Shown here: positions 41,348 through 53,600 of the stretch, one piece after another | Position numbering within the stretch: the first letter of the stretch is position 1 | Layout of the letters: each line of letters begins with the position of its first letter | Origin: an uncultured Phocaeicola sp. | GTDB lineage: Bacteria; Bacteroidota; Bacteroidia; Bacteroidales; Bacteroidaceae | NCBI GenBank assembly: GCA_944320845.1 | Contig: CALUJA010000015.1 | Span: 532 to 64,531 of the forward strand | DNA: 64,000 bases | Reading direction: 5' to 3' | Program-made: the position numbers and the translations under genes | Notes under the pieces: model-generated | Databases searched by the model: none | Seen by the model: only the letters and a program-made list of their open reading frames with translations | What the model was told of the DNA's origin: nothing

Positions 41348-42661
41348 ATGGGAAACTTAGTAGCAATTGTGGGACGCCCCAATGTGGGAAAGTCGACACT
41401 GTTTAACCGTCTGACCCAAACGCGTCAGGCAATCGTCAATGAACAGGCCGGTACAACCCGCGACCGCCAGTATGGAAAATGCGAATGGTTAGGAAAAGAA
41501 TTCTCTATCGTCGATACCGGAGGATGGGTGGTCAATTCCGACGACATTTTTGAAGAGGAGATACGCAAGCAAGTGATGCTTGCCATCGATGAAGCGGATG
41601 TTATCCTGTTCGTGGTTGACATTGCAAACGGAGTGACAGATCTGGACATGGATGTGGCCAACATACTGCGCCGCTCAAAAACGCCCGTAATCGTAGTCAC
41701 CAACAAAGCGGACAATAACAATCTGCTCTATAATGCCGCCGAGTTTTATTCGCTCGGCTTGGGAGATCCGTACAGTATCTCGGCGATGAGCGGAAGCGGA
41801 ACAGGCGAGCTGCTGGACGCGATCTTAAGCAAATTCAAAAAGAAGGCCGAAGAAATATTAGACGATGAAATCCCCCGCTTTGCCGTGGTGGGACGTCCGA
41901 ATGCAGGGAAGTCATCCATCATCAATGCCTTTATCGGGGAAGAGCGCAATATTGTAACCGAGATAGCCGGCACTACCCGCGACTCGATTTATACACGATA
42001 CAACAAATTCGGATTCGAGTTCTATCTGGTGGATACCGCCGGAATACGCAAAAAGAACAAGGTTTCGGAAGACCTGGAATACTATTCCGTTATCCGTTCC
42101 ATCCGGGCCATTGAAAATTCGGATGTATGCATCCTGATGCTGGATGCCACCCGCGGCATCGAAGGACAGGATCTCAACATCTTTTCACTGATTCAGCGCA
42201 ATCAGAAAGGCCTGGTGGTAGTGGTCAACAAATGGGATTTGATAGAGGAAAAGACCAACAAAATAATGAAAGGATACGAGGATGCCATCCGCAAGCGCCT
42301 GGCCCCGTTTACGGACTTCCCTATCATATTCACTTCCGCACTGACCAAACAGCGCATATTCAAAGTATTGGAAACCGCCCAGGAAGTATACAAGGCACGC
42401 ACTCTCCGCATTCCTACCGCCCGGCTGAACGAGGAACTGCTGCCGTTAATCGAGGCCTACCCGCCTCCTTCAAACAAGGGAAAATATATTAAGATTAAGT
42501 ATATCACCCAGCTTCCCAATACACGGATACCGTCTTTCGTATTCTTCGCCAATCTGCCTCAATATGTAAAAGAGCCTTACCGCCGCTTTTTGGAGAACAA
42601 GATACGCGAACGGTGGAAACTGTCTGGTACTCCAGTAAACATATTCATTCGTCAGAAATGA
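41348..42661 (+). CDS. der: Ribosome biogenesis GTPase Der/EngA
   Basis: Two G domains ([16 protein letters not shown]), C-terminal KH-like domain. Confidence 0.98.
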   Translation: MGNLVAIVGRPNVGKSTLFNRLTQTRQAIVNEQAGTTRDRQYGKCEWLGKEFSIVDTGGWVVNSDDIFEEEIRKQVMLAIDEADVILFVVDIANGVTDLDMDVANILRRSKTPVIVVTNKADNNNLLYNAAEFYSLGLGDPYSISAMSGSGTGELLDAILSKFKKKAEEILDDEIPRFAVVGRPNAGKSSIINAFIGEERNIVTEIAGTTRDSIYTRYNKFGFEFYLVDTAGIRKKNKVSEDLEYYSVIRSIRAIENSDVCILMLDATRGIEGQDLNIFSLIQRNQKGLVVVVNKWDLIEEKTNKIMKGYEDAIRKRLAPFTDFPIIFTSALTKQRIFKVLETAQEVYKARTLRIPTARLNEELLPLIEAYPPPSNKGKYIKIKYITQLPNTRIPSFVFFANLPQYVKEPYRRFLENKIRERWKLSGTPVNIFIRQK

Positions 42662-42666
42662 CAGAA

Positions 42667-42700
42667 AGACGGCCCGGAATCTCAATATTCCGGGCCGTCT
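42667..42700. terminator. Hairpin between convergent der and mlaF
   Basis: AGACGGCCCGGAAT..ATTCCGGGCCGTCT 14-bp stem. Confidence 0.85.
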
Positions 42701-42727
42701 GCCGTTATTGACATTCAGTCTGAAGCC

Positions 42728-43495
42728 TTATCCCTTTTCCTTTGTCTCTTCCGCCTTGACTTTCCGCAGCAGGTCTGAAGCGAAAATAAAGTTGTTCAGG
42801 CGCTCATTGGTCGCCGTAAAGACATCATCCTTCGTCCCCTCCCACTCTTTGTGTCCCTGATAGATATAAAGAATGCTTTCTCCTATACCCATCACCGAGT
42901 TCATGTCGTGTGTATTGATGATGGTGGTCATGTTATATTCCGTTGTGATGCCGTGAATCAGCTCGTCTATCACCAGCGAAGTCTTCGGGTCAAGGCCTGA
43001 ATTCGGCTCGTCGCAAAAGAGATACTGCGGTTGCAGCACGATGGCGCGCGCTATTGCCACACGCTTCTGCATGCCCCCGCTTATTTCTCCCGGATATTTG
43101 TTCTGGGCATCTATCAGGTTCACACGGTCAAGACAGAACTGTGCCCGCTTTACCCGCTCCCGATAGGTGGCATTCGAAAACATGTCGAGCGGAAACATCA
43201 CGTTTTCCAATACGGAAAGCGAGTCAAACAACGCCGCGCTCTGAAAAATCATCCCCATTTCCCGGCGCAGAGCCTGCTTCTCTTTCTTTCCCATATGGAT
43301 AAAGTCACGCCCGTCATAAAGCACCTCCCCCTTTTCCGGGGTAAGAAGCCCCACGATGCACTTCATCAGCACGGTTTTTCCCGAGCCGCTCTGACCGATT
43401 ATCAGGTTGGTCTTCCCATTCTCAAAAGAGAAATTTATGTTATCGAGGACTGTACGCCCTTCAAACGCCTTGCTTACAGATTTCAGTTCTATCAT
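42728..43495 (-). CDS. MlaF-like ABC ATP-binding protein
   Basis: GQSGSGKT, ISGGMQKRVAIARA, FCDEPNSGLDP. Confidence 0.93.
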   Translation of the reverse strand: MIELKSVSKAFEGRTVLDNINFSFENGKTNLIIGQSGSGKTVLMKCIVGLLTPEKGEVLYDGRDFIHMGKKEKQALRREMGMIFQSAALFDSLSVLENVMFPLDMFSNATYRERVKRAQFCLDRVNLIDAQNKYPGEISGGMQKRVAIARAIVLQPQYLFCDEPNSGLDPKTSLVIDELIHGITTEYNMTTIINTHDMNSVMGIGESILYIYQGHKEWEGTKDDVFTATNERLNNFIFASDLLRKVKAEETKEKG

Positions 43496-44235
43496 CCCAT
43501 TAACAATTGAGTAAGTATTAGGTCGGAAAACAATATCAACACACTGCTTGACACCACCGAATCCGTACTTGCCTTACCCACGGCGATGGAACCGCCCTCT
43601 ACTGTATAGCCGAAGTAGGCGGAAACGCTCGCGATGATGAAGGCAAAAAACAGCGACTTGATGAAGCTGCACCAGATATACCATTCCACAAACATGTATT
43701 GCAAGCCGTATTCCAGGTCGGTGGCATTCATAATCCCGCCGAACCAAGCCGTACAAAAGGCGCCGAATATGCCCGCAAAGATGCTGAACACCACAAGAAA
43801 GGGAATCATCGTCATCAGTCCCAGAATTTTCGGAAGGATAAGATACGAGGCGGAATTGATTCCCATGATTTCCAGAGCGTCAATCTGCTGGGTGACACGC
43901 ATCGTCCCGATTTCGGAAGCGATGTTCGAGCCGACTTTCCCGGCCAGAATAAGACACATGATGGAAGAAGAAAATTCCAGCAAAAGGATTTCACGCGTGG
44001 TATACCCCACCACAAAGCGCGGCATCCACGGACTTTCGATATTCAGCTTAATCTGAATGCAGATTACCGCACCGATAAAAAACGATATGAGCAGGACAAT
44101 GCCGATAGAATTGATTCCCAACTGGGCCATTTCACTCACATACTGCTTGAAATACATGCGGAACCGCTCAGGACGGGCAAAGACCCTTCGCATCAGCAGG
44201 AGGTATTGTCCTAAAGTAGTGATTGGCTTAACCAT
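43492..44235 (-). CDS. MlaE family ABC permease
   Basis: GSNIASEIGTMRVTQQIDAL motif; ORF-track start lies in a -7 box (44259-44266), so start set at 44235. Confidence 0.93.
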   Translation of the reverse strand: MVKPITTLGQYLLLMRRVFARPERFRMYFKQYVSEMAQLGINSIGIVLLISFFIGAVICIQIKLNIESPWMPRFVVGYTTREILLLEFSSSIMCLILAGKVGSNIASEIGTMRVTQQIDALEIMGINSASYLILPKILGLMTMIPFLVVFSIFAGIFGAFCTAWFGGIMNATDLEYGLQYMFVEWYIWCSFIKSLFFAFIIASVSAYFGYTVEGGSIAVGKASTDSVVSSSVLILFSDLILTQLLMG

Positions 44236-44376
44236 AATTTCCTCGGAATATTTTGTCACAAAAGTAAGGCTTTTTAGCTATATTATTATAAAAAGAGATG
44301 TGAAATTCACTTCAACAACCACATAACCCAAGTTTTTTACTACTTTTGCCGCAAGAAAGAAAACTCCTCATCAAGT

Positions 44377-45216
44377 ATGGCAGAAGAAATGCAACAGGAA
44401 AACGAAAAGTTCAAGCTACCCGAAGACGGCCGCATGGTGCTGCGCACGGAGAATCTGGTAAAGAAATACGGGAAACGCACCGTGGTAAGCCATGTTTCAA
44501 TCAACGTGAAGCAGGGGGAGATTGTGGGACTGCTCGGCCCGAACGGTGCCGGAAAGACCACTTCCTTCTATATGACTACGGGACTGATAGTACCCAACGA
44601 AGGGCACATCTATCTGAACGACCAGGACATCACCTCCTACCCGGTCTACAAGCGGGCGCAAAACGGCATCGGATACCTGGCACAAGAAGCGTCGGTATTT
44701 CGGAAAATGAGCGTGGAAGACAACATCGCCTCCGTTCTCGAGCTGACGGACAAGCCGAAAGAGTACCAAAAAGAAAAACTGGAAAGCCTGCTCAACGAGT
44801 TCCGCCTGCAAAAAGTGCGGAAGAACCTTGGAGACCAGCTTTCGGGCGGGGAACGCCGGCGGACTGAAATAGCGCGCTGTCTGGCCATCGACCCAAAATT
44901 CATTATGCTCGACGAGCCATTCGCCGGAGTCGACCCCATCGCGGTGGAAGATATCCAACATATTGTGTGGAGGCTGAAGTATAAGAACATCGGAATCCTG
45001 ATAACCGACCATAATGTGCAGGAAACGCTGAGTATCACCGACCGCGCCTACCTGCTGTTCGAAGGGAAAATCCTGTTTCAAGGGACTCCGGAAGAGCTTG
45101 CCGAAAACAAGATTGTCCGCGAGAAGTACCTGAGCAACAGCTTCGTGCTGCGCAGAAAGGATTTTCAGCTGAACGAACCGAAGGAGCAATCCGGCGCAGC
45201 AGCCGCCGCACGCTGA
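44377..45216 (+). CDS. lptB: LPS export ABC ATP-binding protein
   Basis: [32 protein letters not shown]; -7 box at 44341-44348. Confidence 0.96.
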   Translation: MAEEMQQENEKFKLPEDGRMVLRTENLVKKYGKRTVVSHVSINVKQGEIVGLLGPNGAGKTTSFYMTTGLIVPNEGHIYLNDQDITSYPVYKRAQNGIGYLAQEASVFRKMSVEDNIASVLELTDKPKEYQKEKLESLLNEFRLQKVRKNLGDQLSGGERRRTEIARCLAIDPKFIMLDEPFAGVDPIAVEDIQHIVWRLKYKNIGILITDHNVQETLSITDRAYLLFEGKILFQGTPEELAENKIVREKYLSNSFVLRRKDFQLNEPKEQSGAAAAAR

Positions 45217-45252
45217 CCGTGGCGCACCCTCACGCTTCCGCCCCGCGCCGCC

Positions 45253-45287
45253 GCCTGCACACAAGCGCCTTACGGTGCAGGCAAAAA
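45253..45287 (-). terminator. Terminator for DUF4250 gene
   Basis: GCCTGCAC..GTGCAGGC then A5 (T tract on minus strand). Confidence 0.7.
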
Positions 45288-45297
45288 CACCTTCTCC

Positions 45298-45474
45298 TTA
45301 CCAGAACTTGTTCTGCTCTTCGCTGTATTCAAATCCGGCTTCCTTCAGACGGCCTACAATCTCCGACTTGCTGACATGGAGGTCTTCACACAACGCGTCG
45401 AGTGAAGGATAAAAGTCACGCAGCTTCATGTTGATGACGCTGAAAAGCATCATCGGGTCTTTTGGCAATTCCAT
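45298..45474 (-). CDS. DUF4250 family small protein (58 aa, not in ORF track)
   Basis: Manual translation MELPKDPMMLFSVINMKLRDFYPSLDALCEDLHVSKSEIVGRLKEAGFEYSEEQNKFW; -7 box at 45502-45509. Confidence 0.9.
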   Translation of the reverse strand: MELPKDPMMLFSVINMKLRDFYPSLDALCEDLHVSKSEIVGRLKEAGFEYSEEQNKFW

Positions 45475-45599
45475 AGTCTGTAATCTTTTTCAAATGCGCC
45501 GCAAAGTTACGCTTTTTTCCAAACGGCTGTTCCCCTCCGTCCTTTCTTTGCCCGCATTTTATCAATATTTTACCAAAATCCGTCCTCCCCGACCCCGCC

Positions 45600-45690
45600 C
45601 GGCATGAAAGTCCCGTTTCGCCGCAAGGAAAAATCTTTTCCGCCGGCCCGAAAAACATTTTCCACCGCCGCCGCAATCTTCCCCCGCCGA
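45600..45690. repeat. Intergenic array copy with 21-22 bp period
   Basis: GAAA at 45606, 45628, 45650; TTTC ends at 45619, 45640, 45662. Confidence 0.7.
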
Positions 45691-45805
45691 AGAAAGAAAA
45701 TAAATACTAAAGTTTCAAAGGCAAGTCCTGTCAAATCAGGAAAAAGCATTAACTTTGCAACCTGATTTTATTAAGGATTACCAACACCTAATTTTTATCA
45801 AAAAA

Positions 45806-47155
45806 ATGATGGAACTTGACTTACTCACGGCCGTATCGCCCATCGACGGACGATACAGAGGCAAAGCGGGAGCTTTGGCCGCCTATTTTTCAGAGTATGC
45901 ACTGATGAAATACCGCGTGCGGGTAGAGATAGAATATTTTATCACCCTATGCGAACTGCCGCTGCCGCAGCTGAAGGACTTTGATGCGGCACGCTTCGAG
46001 TCGCTGCGCGGCATCTACCGGAATTTTTCAGAGGCCGACGCCGGACGCATCAAGGAGATAGAGAGCACAACCAACCATGATGTGAAAGCCGTGGAGTATT
46101 TTATCAAGGAACAGTTCGACAAGATGGGCGGGATGGAAGCTTACAAGGAATTTATCCACTTCGGCCTGACTTCGCAGGATATAAACAATACATCCGTCCC
46201 CCTCTCCATCAAAGACGCGCTTGAAGAAGTATATTATCCGCAGATACAGAAGCTGGTCGACCAGCTCACGGCCTACGCCGAAGAATGGAAGGATATCCCG
46301 ATGCTTGCCAAGACACACGGACAGCCGGCTTCCCCCACACGGCTGGGAAAAGAGGTCATGGTGTTCGCTTACCGCCTCAACCGCCAGCTTGCCACCTTGA
46401 AAGCCTGTCCGATTACAGCCAAGTTCGGCGGCGCGACCGGAAACTACAACGCCCATCACGTGGCTTATCCCGACATCGACTGGAAAGCCTTCGGCAATAA
46501 GTTCGTGGCCGAGAAATTAGGATTGGAACGCGAAGAATATACCACCCAGATATCCAACTACGACAACCTGGGCGCAATCTTCGATGCCATGAAGCGAATC
46601 AACACCATCATGATTGATATGAACCGCGACTTCTGGCAATACATCTCGATGGAATATTTCAAGCAAAAAATCAAGGCAGGAGAAGTCGGTTCGAGCGCCA
46701 TGCCCCACAAGGTCAATCCCATCGACTTTGAAAACGCCGAGGGAAACCTGGGCATAGCCAATGCCATATTCGGACATCTCTCGGCCAAGCTGCCGGTATC
46801 ACGCCTCCAGCGCGACCTTACAGACTCTACCGTGCTGCGTAACGTGGGTGTTCCGTTCGGACATACAGTAATCGCCATCCAGAGCACCTTGAAAGGACTG
46901 GGCAAGCTCCTGCTGAACGAACATAAAATCTATGAAGACCTGGACAATTGCTGGAGCGTAGTGGCCGAAGCAATCCAGACTATCCTGCGCCGGGAAGCTT
47001 ATCCGCATCCTTATGAAGCGCTGAAAGCGCTGACGCGCACCAATCAGGCCATCAATGAAGCCTCCATAAAAGATTTCATCGAGACCCTGAACGTAAGCGA
47101 AGAGATAAAAAAAGAATTGCGCGCGATAACCCCGCACAACTACACAGGAATGTAA
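45806..47155 (+). CDS. purB: Adenylosuccinate lyase
   Basis: TNHDVKAVEY, GSSAMPHKVNP, SRLQRDLTDS; -7 box at 45750-45757. Confidence 0.97.
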   Translation: MMELDLLTAVSPIDGRYRGKAGALAAYFSEYALMKYRVRVEIEYFITLCELPLPQLKDFDAARFESLRGIYRNFSEADAGRIKEIESTTNHDVKAVEYFIKEQFDKMGGMEAYKEFIHFGLTSQDINNTSVPLSIKDALEEVYYPQIQKLVDQLTAYAEEWKDIPMLAKTHGQPASPTRLGKEVMVFAYRLNRQLATLKACPITAKFGGATGNYNAHHVAYPDIDWKAFGNKFVAEKLGLEREEYTTQISNYDNLGAIFDAMKRINTIMIDMNRDFWQYISMEYFKQKIKAGEVGSSAMPHKVNPIDFENAEGNLGIANAIFGHLSAKLPVSRLQRDLTDSTVLRNVGVPFGHTVIAIQSTLKGLGKLLLNEHKIYEDLDNCWSVVAEAIQTILRREAYPHPYEALKALTRTNQAINEASIKDFIETLNVSEEIKKELRAITPHNYTGM

Positions 47156-47215
47156 ACCCGTTAAATTATTCAATCCACCCGAGAAGGGCATATTAAAATT
47201 AAACAGTTCAATATT

Positions 47216-48463
47216 ATGGAAGGAAAAGAAAACAGACAAGAAGGCGAATACAGCCGTTCTAACCGTGATGGTTACAAGTCTTACAACAACAGAGAAGGAT
47301 ACAACAGAAACAACCGCTATGAAGGCGGAAGTTACGGCAGGCGCTCAGGCGGTCATTACAGCAATGACAGAAACGAACGGCCCTACCGTTCTTCATACAA
47401 TCCGCGCTTCAACAACAGCGAAGACCGTCCGCAACGCAGCTACGGCGACCGCCCGAAATTCCGTCCGCGCTTCAATAACGCAGAGGGAAGCGAGCAGCGT
47501 CCGTATCGTCCGCGTTACAACAATACCGAGAACGAAGGACAGCGTCCTTTCCGTCCGCGCTACAACTACGGACAACCGTCCGACGGCGAAGGACGCCCGC
47601 AGCGTCCGCGCTTCGGAGGAAGGCCCCAAGGAGGATACAACCGTCAGGAAGGAGGATACCGTCCGCGCACAGCCGACTATAATCCGAATGCAAAATACAG
47701 CAAGAAAAAGCAAATCGAATACAAGGATATACTGACTGACCCGAATGCACCGATTCGCCTGAACAAGTTCCTGGCAAATGCCGGAATCTGCTCACGCCGC
47801 GAGGCAGATGAATTTATCACCGCAGGAGTCGTTTCAGTAAACGGTGTGGTGGTCACCGAACTGGGAACGAAAGTAAAACGTACAGACGAAGTGAAATTCC
47901 ACGACCAGCCGGTAAGCATCGAGCGCAAAGTGTATGTCTTGCTCAACAAGCCCAAGGATTGTGTCACTACCTCCGACGACCCGCAAGAGCGTAAAACGGT
48001 CATGGAACTGGTAAAAGACGCATGCTCCGAACGTATCTATCCGGTGGGAAGATTAGATAGAAACACGACGGGAGTACTGTTGCTGACCAACGATGGCGAC
48101 CTTGCTTCCAAGCTTACGCACCCTAAATTTCTGAAGAAGAAAATATATCATGTCTATTGTGACAAGAACGTAACGAAGGCCGACCTTGACAAAATCGTTT
48201 CGGGCATTACGCTCGACGACGGTGAAGTGCATGCCGATGCCGTAAGTTATGCGTCAGACACAGACAAATCACAGGTAGGAATAGAAATCCATTCAGGGAA
48301 AAACCGGATTGTCCGCCGTATCTTCGAGGCGTTGGGCTACCGTGTCATCAAGCTTGACCGCGTATACTTTGCCGGACTGACCAAGAAGGGACTGCGCCGC
48401 GGCGACTGGCGTTATCTCACAGAGCAAGAGGTAAACTTCCTTCGTATGGGATCTTTTGAATAA
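47216..48463 (+). CDS. rluB: RluB-like pseudouridine synthase with long low-complexity N-terminus
   Basis: S4 domain IRLNKFLA..SRREADE, GRLDRNTTG catalytic motif. Confidence 0.9.
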   Translation: MEGKENRQEGEYSRSNRDGYKSYNNREGYNRNNRYEGGSYGRRSGGHYSNDRNERPYRSSYNPRFNNSEDRPQRSYGDRPKFRPRFNNAEGSEQRPYRPRYNNTENEGQRPFRPRYNYGQPSDGEGRPQRPRFGGRPQGGYNRQEGGYRPRTADYNPNAKYSKKKQIEYKDILTDPNAPIRLNKFLANAGICSRREADEFITAGVVSVNGVVVTELGTKVKRTDEVKFHDQPVSIERKVYVLLNKPKDCVTTSDDPQERKTVMELVKDACSERIYPVGRLDRNTTGVLLLTNDGDLASKLTHPKFLKKKIYHVYCDKNVTKADLDKIVSGITLDDGEVHADAVSYASDTDKSQVGIEIHSGKNRIVRRIFEALGYRVIKLDRVYFAGLTKKGLRRGDWRYLTEQEVNFLRMGSFE

Positions 48464-48478
48464 ATGATAAGACAAAAA

Positions 48479-49882
48479 ATGGAAACAATTCGTAGAACAA
48501 AAATTGCAGACCTGCTGAAACGCCGCGACTTCGGCGTCATGGTCAATGTTAAAGGATGGGTACGCACCCGCCGCGGCAGTAAACAAGTTAACTTTATCGC
48601 CTTGAATGACGGTTCTACTATAAATAATGTACAGATTGTAGTCGATCTCGCCAACTTTAATGAAGAGCTTTTGAAGCAGATTACCACGGGGGCATGCATC
48701 AGTGTCAACGGGGAACTGGTGGAATCAGTAGGTGCAGGACAGGCTTGTGAAATACAAGCCCGCGACATTGAAGTACTGGGCACATGCGACAATACTTATC
48801 CGCTGCAGAAGAAAGGGCACTCGATGGAATTCTTGCGCGAGATTGCGCATCTGCGTCCGCGTACAAACACATTCGGGGCCGTATTCCGCATCCGCCACAA
48901 TATGGCCATCGCCATCCACAAGTTCTTTCATGAGCGCGGCTTCTTCTATTTCCACACTCCGCTGATTACGGCGTCAGACTGTGAAGGTGCAGGACAAATG
49001 TTCCAGGTCACTACACTGAATCTGTACGACCTGAAGAAAGACGAGAACGGATCCATTATCTACGATGACGATTTCTTCGGCAAACAGGCAAGTCTGACAG
49101 TATCCGGCCAGCTGGAAGGAGAGCTGGCGGCGACTGCCTTAGGGGCAATCTATACTTTCGGTCCGACATTCCGTGCGGAAAACTCCAATACTCCCCGCCA
49201 TTTGGCCGAGTTCTGGATGATTGAGCCCGAGGTGGCATTCAACGATATCAACGACAATATGGATTTGGCGGAAGAGTTTATCAAGTATTGTGTACGGTGG
49301 GCGCTGGAGAACTGCTATGATGATGTGAAATTTTTGAACGACATGTTCGACAAGGGGCTTATAGAACGCCTGCAAGGAGTGCTGAAGGAAACATTCGTCC
49401 GCCTGCCTTATACGGAAGGTATCAAGATATTGGAAGAAGCCGTTGCCAACGGCCACAAGTTCGAATTCCCTGTATATTGGGGAGTAGACCTGGCATCCGA
49501 GCACGAGCGTTATCTGGTGGAAGACCATTTCAAGCGCCCTGTTATCTTGACCGACTACCCGAAAGAAATCAAGGCATTCTATATGAAACAGAATGATGAC
49601 GGCAAGACCGTGCGCGCAATGGATGTGCTTTTCCCGAAAATCGGCGAGATAATCGGCGGTTCGGAACGTGAAGCCGACTACGACAAGCTGCTCACGCGAA
49701 TCAAAGAGCTGAACATTCCGATGAAAGATATGTGGTGGTATCTGGATACGCGCAAATACGGCTCATGCCCGCACTCCGGCTTCGGACTGGGATTCGAGCG
49801 TCTGCTGCTGTTTGTCACAGGAATGTCAAACATCCGTGATGTGATACCGTTCCCACGCACTCCGCACAACGCGGAATTTTAA
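48479..49882 (+). CDS. asnS: Asparagine--tRNA ligase
   Basis: [41 protein letters not shown]. Confidence 0.98.
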   Translation: METIRRTKIADLLKRRDFGVMVNVKGWVRTRRGSKQVNFIALNDGSTINNVQIVVDLANFNEELLKQITTGACISVNGELVESVGAGQACEIQARDIEVLGTCDNTYPLQKKGHSMEFLREIAHLRPRTNTFGAVFRIRHNMAIAIHKFFHERGFFYFHTPLITASDCEGAGQMFQVTTLNLYDLKKDENGSIIYDDDFFGKQASLTVSGQLEGELAATALGAIYTFGPTFRAENSNTPRHLAEFWMIEPEVAFNDINDNMDLAEEFIKYCVRWALENCYDDVKFLNDMFDKGLIERLQGVLKETFVRLPYTEGIKILEEAVANGHKFEFPVYWGVDLASEHERYLVEDHFKRPVILTDYPKEIKAFYMKQNDDGKTVRAMDVLFPKIGEIIGGSEREADYDKLLTRIKELNIPMKDMWWYLDTRKYGSCPHSGFGLGFERLLLFVTGMSNIRDVIPFPRTPHNAEF

Positions 49883-49982
49883 AGGGCAAAAAAATGCAGG
49901 AAAAGATAATGATTTTCAAAATAAATACTTATATTTGAGTGCTACTTGGAACATAAGTTTTTAACACCATAAAAGCAATATT

Positions 49983-50471
49983 ATGAAAACTCGTTATTTT
50001 TTCCTGTTGGCAGTAATGCTCTTGGCTGTAGGAAATCTGGCAGCGCAGGATATCCAAGAAAAAAAGCCGATTGACTTAAGCGGTGTGTGGCAAATGTGCT
50101 TTTACAGTTCAAGCGAGCCCGGCACTCCCGGCGAGCTGAAAACAAGCAACTCTCTGAAAATCCTGTCTGAAGACGGGAACTTCACCAATGTGGTAATGAT
50201 GCAAACCGGGGCTATCGTCATTGGATACGGGACATACGAACTGAAAGGCAATAACTTGTTCAACGAGTATGTAACCAAAAACATCCATTTGCCGCAGCTG
50301 GACGGTCAGATCAACGAGATGCATTTCGAATTAAGCGACGACAATGATCTGATGTATGTAAAGTTCTACATCAAGAATGACATATCGGGCAACGTTATCG
50401 ACTCGTGGAAACATGAAATATGGAAGCGGGTGGAAATGCCGACGACCTATCCGGAAAACATTGTGCGCTGA
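49983..50471 (+). CDS. DUF4488 domain exported protein
   Basis: GVWQMCFY..PGELK.SN.LKILS.DG motif; -7 box at 49930-49937. Confidence 0.8.
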   Translation: MKTRYFFLLAVMLLAVGNLAAQDIQEKKPIDLSGVWQMCFYSSSEPGTPGELKTSNSLKILSEDGNFTNVVMMQTGAIVIGYGTYELKGNNLFNEYVTKNIHLPQLDGQINEMHFELSDDNDLMYVKFYIKNDISGNVIDSWKHEIWKRVEMPTTYPENIVR

Positions 50472-50496
50472 TTCTCATTTTTTCTTCACCATATCA

Positions 50497-50530
50497 TGCA
50501 GGCATAAACTCAGGAGAGTTTATGCCTGCA
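50497..50530. terminator. Hairpin after DUF4488
   Basis: TGCAGGCATAAACTC..GAGTTTATGCCTGCA 15-bp stem. Confidence 0.8.
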
Positions 50531-50623
50531 ATGCCATTTGCCCTACCTCATCTCTTGACTATCCCGAATTTTCTTGATAACTTGCCACAGTTTTGGATAT
50601 GTCTCCACAAAATTTACATCACT

Positions 50624-53600
50624 ATGAAATACATTTATGCCCTTGTCCTGAGCTGGCTCGGATACTATTGCAACGCCCAGTCGGTCTATACATATACGAA
50701 CGAACTGTCGTGCAACCGGATTACAGACCTTGAGCAAGATGCATCCGGATTTATCTGGATAGCCACGGAAGACGGACTGAACAAGTTCGACGGATATACC
50801 TTTACCAGTTATTTCCACGATGAACAGGACTCTACATCCTTGCTGTGCAACTATACCAACAAGCTTTATCTGGACACCGACCATCAATTATGGATTGCAA
50901 CCAACAAGGGAATCCAGTGTTATGTGCCGGAGAAAGATGCCTTTCATTCAGTTGAACTGCCAGGCGCAACACAATCCAATGTAAGCAGCATGGCGCAACT
51001 GCACGACGGAAGCATTTGGATATCCACATCCGGATATGGTCTTTATTCCATCAATCCACAGACAAAACAAGCTCTACGCCTGAGCTGGATAAGCGAACAG
51101 TGTGATGATTCATACGTAAACTGCATATACGAAGACCGGCTGCACAACGTATGGATTTCTTTTTTAGGCAACAGACTGGCCTGCATCTCCCCAGAAAAGC
51201 AGCAGGTCACCACATACACGATGCCTTATGCTCCTTTCCCGAAAGTATACGGAATGGCGGAAGACGACAAAAACAACCTGTTCATCCTTACTTTCAACGA
51301 TGTACTGATGAAACCGGAAGGAAGTAGCGACTTCATTTCAGTGCGGAATCCGGGAAACAAGACCGTAGTGGGACGGGACATCATAAAGGCATCAAGCGGA
51401 GAACTGCTCATATCCACCTTCAATCAAGGCATCATGCGCATCGACACACAGCAGATCCGGCTGCTCCCCGACCGGCATACCCAAAATATCAATATGGAAA
51501 ACAAAAACATCACAAGCCTCATCGAGGATGCCGACGGGAACAAATGGCTGGCGTGCAACGAAGGACTGGCCATGATATCCAATGAAAAAAAGCTGTTCGA
51601 GTTTTGGAAACATCCGGATTCTGACATACAGACATCCCCTTCGGCCGTATGCCAAACCCGCAACGGAGACTTATGGATAGGGAATCAAAACTGTTCGCTC
51701 TTCCGACTGTCTTATGACAAGAAAATTGTCAGCCGACTCAAGTTGCCCAAATACCCGCGAAGCATCTGCGAGGACGAGACGGGAAATCTGTGGATAGGGT
51801 GCAACAACGGCGGACTGTTCCGACTGAATCCGCAGACGGAAGCTCTCCACTTCATTCCCGACTTCGGCGACAAGGACATTTCCAAGATCATCAAGGGGCC
51901 GGGCCAGAGTCTTTTCATCGCACTGCCCGGCAACGGACTGGGCTGCTACAGTCTTTCTTCCGGAGAGGCCCGCATCATCACCTATCAGACCCCCATGAAA
52001 AACAACAGTTATCTGGGGAGTGACTGGATTAATGACCTGTTGGCAGACCAGGACGGCCTGATATGGATCTGCCATTTCTTAGGGGTTTCCTGCTATGACC
52101 CCAAGAAAGAAGAATTTCTAAGCCTTGACATCAACAAGACATTGTCCCGCCATGTGTGCAGAAACATCGTGGAAGACAAAGACGGACAGCTGTGGATCGG
52201 CACGAACAACGGCATCTACATCTGCGACAAAGCAAGGAAAAGCCTGCGCCACATAGGGAAAGAAGACGGGATGCCCAGTAACGTAATCTGCGCGATGGAG
52301 CTTGATAATAAAGGAGACCCATGGTGCAGCACCTATAAAGGTCTGTGCCACATCGGACAGAAAAGCCACAAAGTCGACACTTACCTGTCAGGAAACGGCC
52401 TGACAGACGAAGATTACACACCGGGAGTTTCGACCAAAGACAGGGAAGGACGCATCTATTTCGGCGGCATCTACGGCATCACCCGCTTTTTGCCCGACAG
52501 CATCCGCACTTCAGCCCCTCTGCATATCCCGTCACTGACCGGTCTGCTGATAGACAATACACCGGCCAACGCCTCCATGCTGAAGCAAAGAAAAAATCTT
52601 GCCGACGATGCGCCGATTAAAGCACGCCGTCTTACCTTTTCTCCGGCCGACAACACGCTTTCGTTTGAGTTTTCCACATTCAAGTTTCATAACCAGGAAA
52701 ACATTTTTTTCGAATACCGGATGGAAGGCATCAACGACAAATGGAGCCGCACGGCACTGGGCGAAAACAGAATTTCCTTCAACTATCTGCGGCCGGGGCA
52801 CTATACACTGGAAGTCCGCGCCTGCGAAAAAGAAACGGTATCCCCCGTGCGAAGCATTTCCATCTACATAGCCCCGCCGTGGTATCTCACATCACTGGCA
52901 TGGGCTGCCTACTATCTCGCCGCCGTTTCACTGATAGTCTTTGTCATTTTCATCTACTTCCGCCGGAAAGACCGCAGGCGGAAAGAAGAAATAAACGAAG
53001 AGAAACTGCGCTTTTTCATCAATATCGCCCACGAGATACGCTCGCCGCTAACGCTGATTTTAGACCCGGTAAACGAACTCATCAAACAGAACTCCGGCAA
53101 CAGCGCCCTTTCGCAAAACCTGCACACCATAAGGCAAAACACCACACGCATCATCAATCTGATGAACCAGCTGCTTGACATCCGCCGGATTGACAAGGGA
53201 CAAATGAATTTGTCTTATAAGGAAACCGATTTGGTGCCGTTTATAAAAAACATTTGCGAGCTGTTCAAATATCAGGCCGACAAGCATCACATCAGGCTGT
53301 CCTTCACACATCAGGCTGAAAGCATGCCGGCAGTAATCGACCCGGCAAACTTCGACAAGGTCATCATCAACCTGCTGACCAACGCATTCAAATATACGCC
53401 CGACGGAGGAACCATCGAAATACTTCTTTCGTCAGACACGCCTCGCGGTTCATCGAGGGAATATGCCGAAATCAGCATACGCGACACCGGCATCGGCATA
53501 AAGCCTCAGGATATAAAAAGGATATTCGAGCGTTTCTATCAGTCGTCCGCCGAATCCCGGCCCAACTCCGGATTCGGAATCGGCCTGCATCTGGTGAAGA

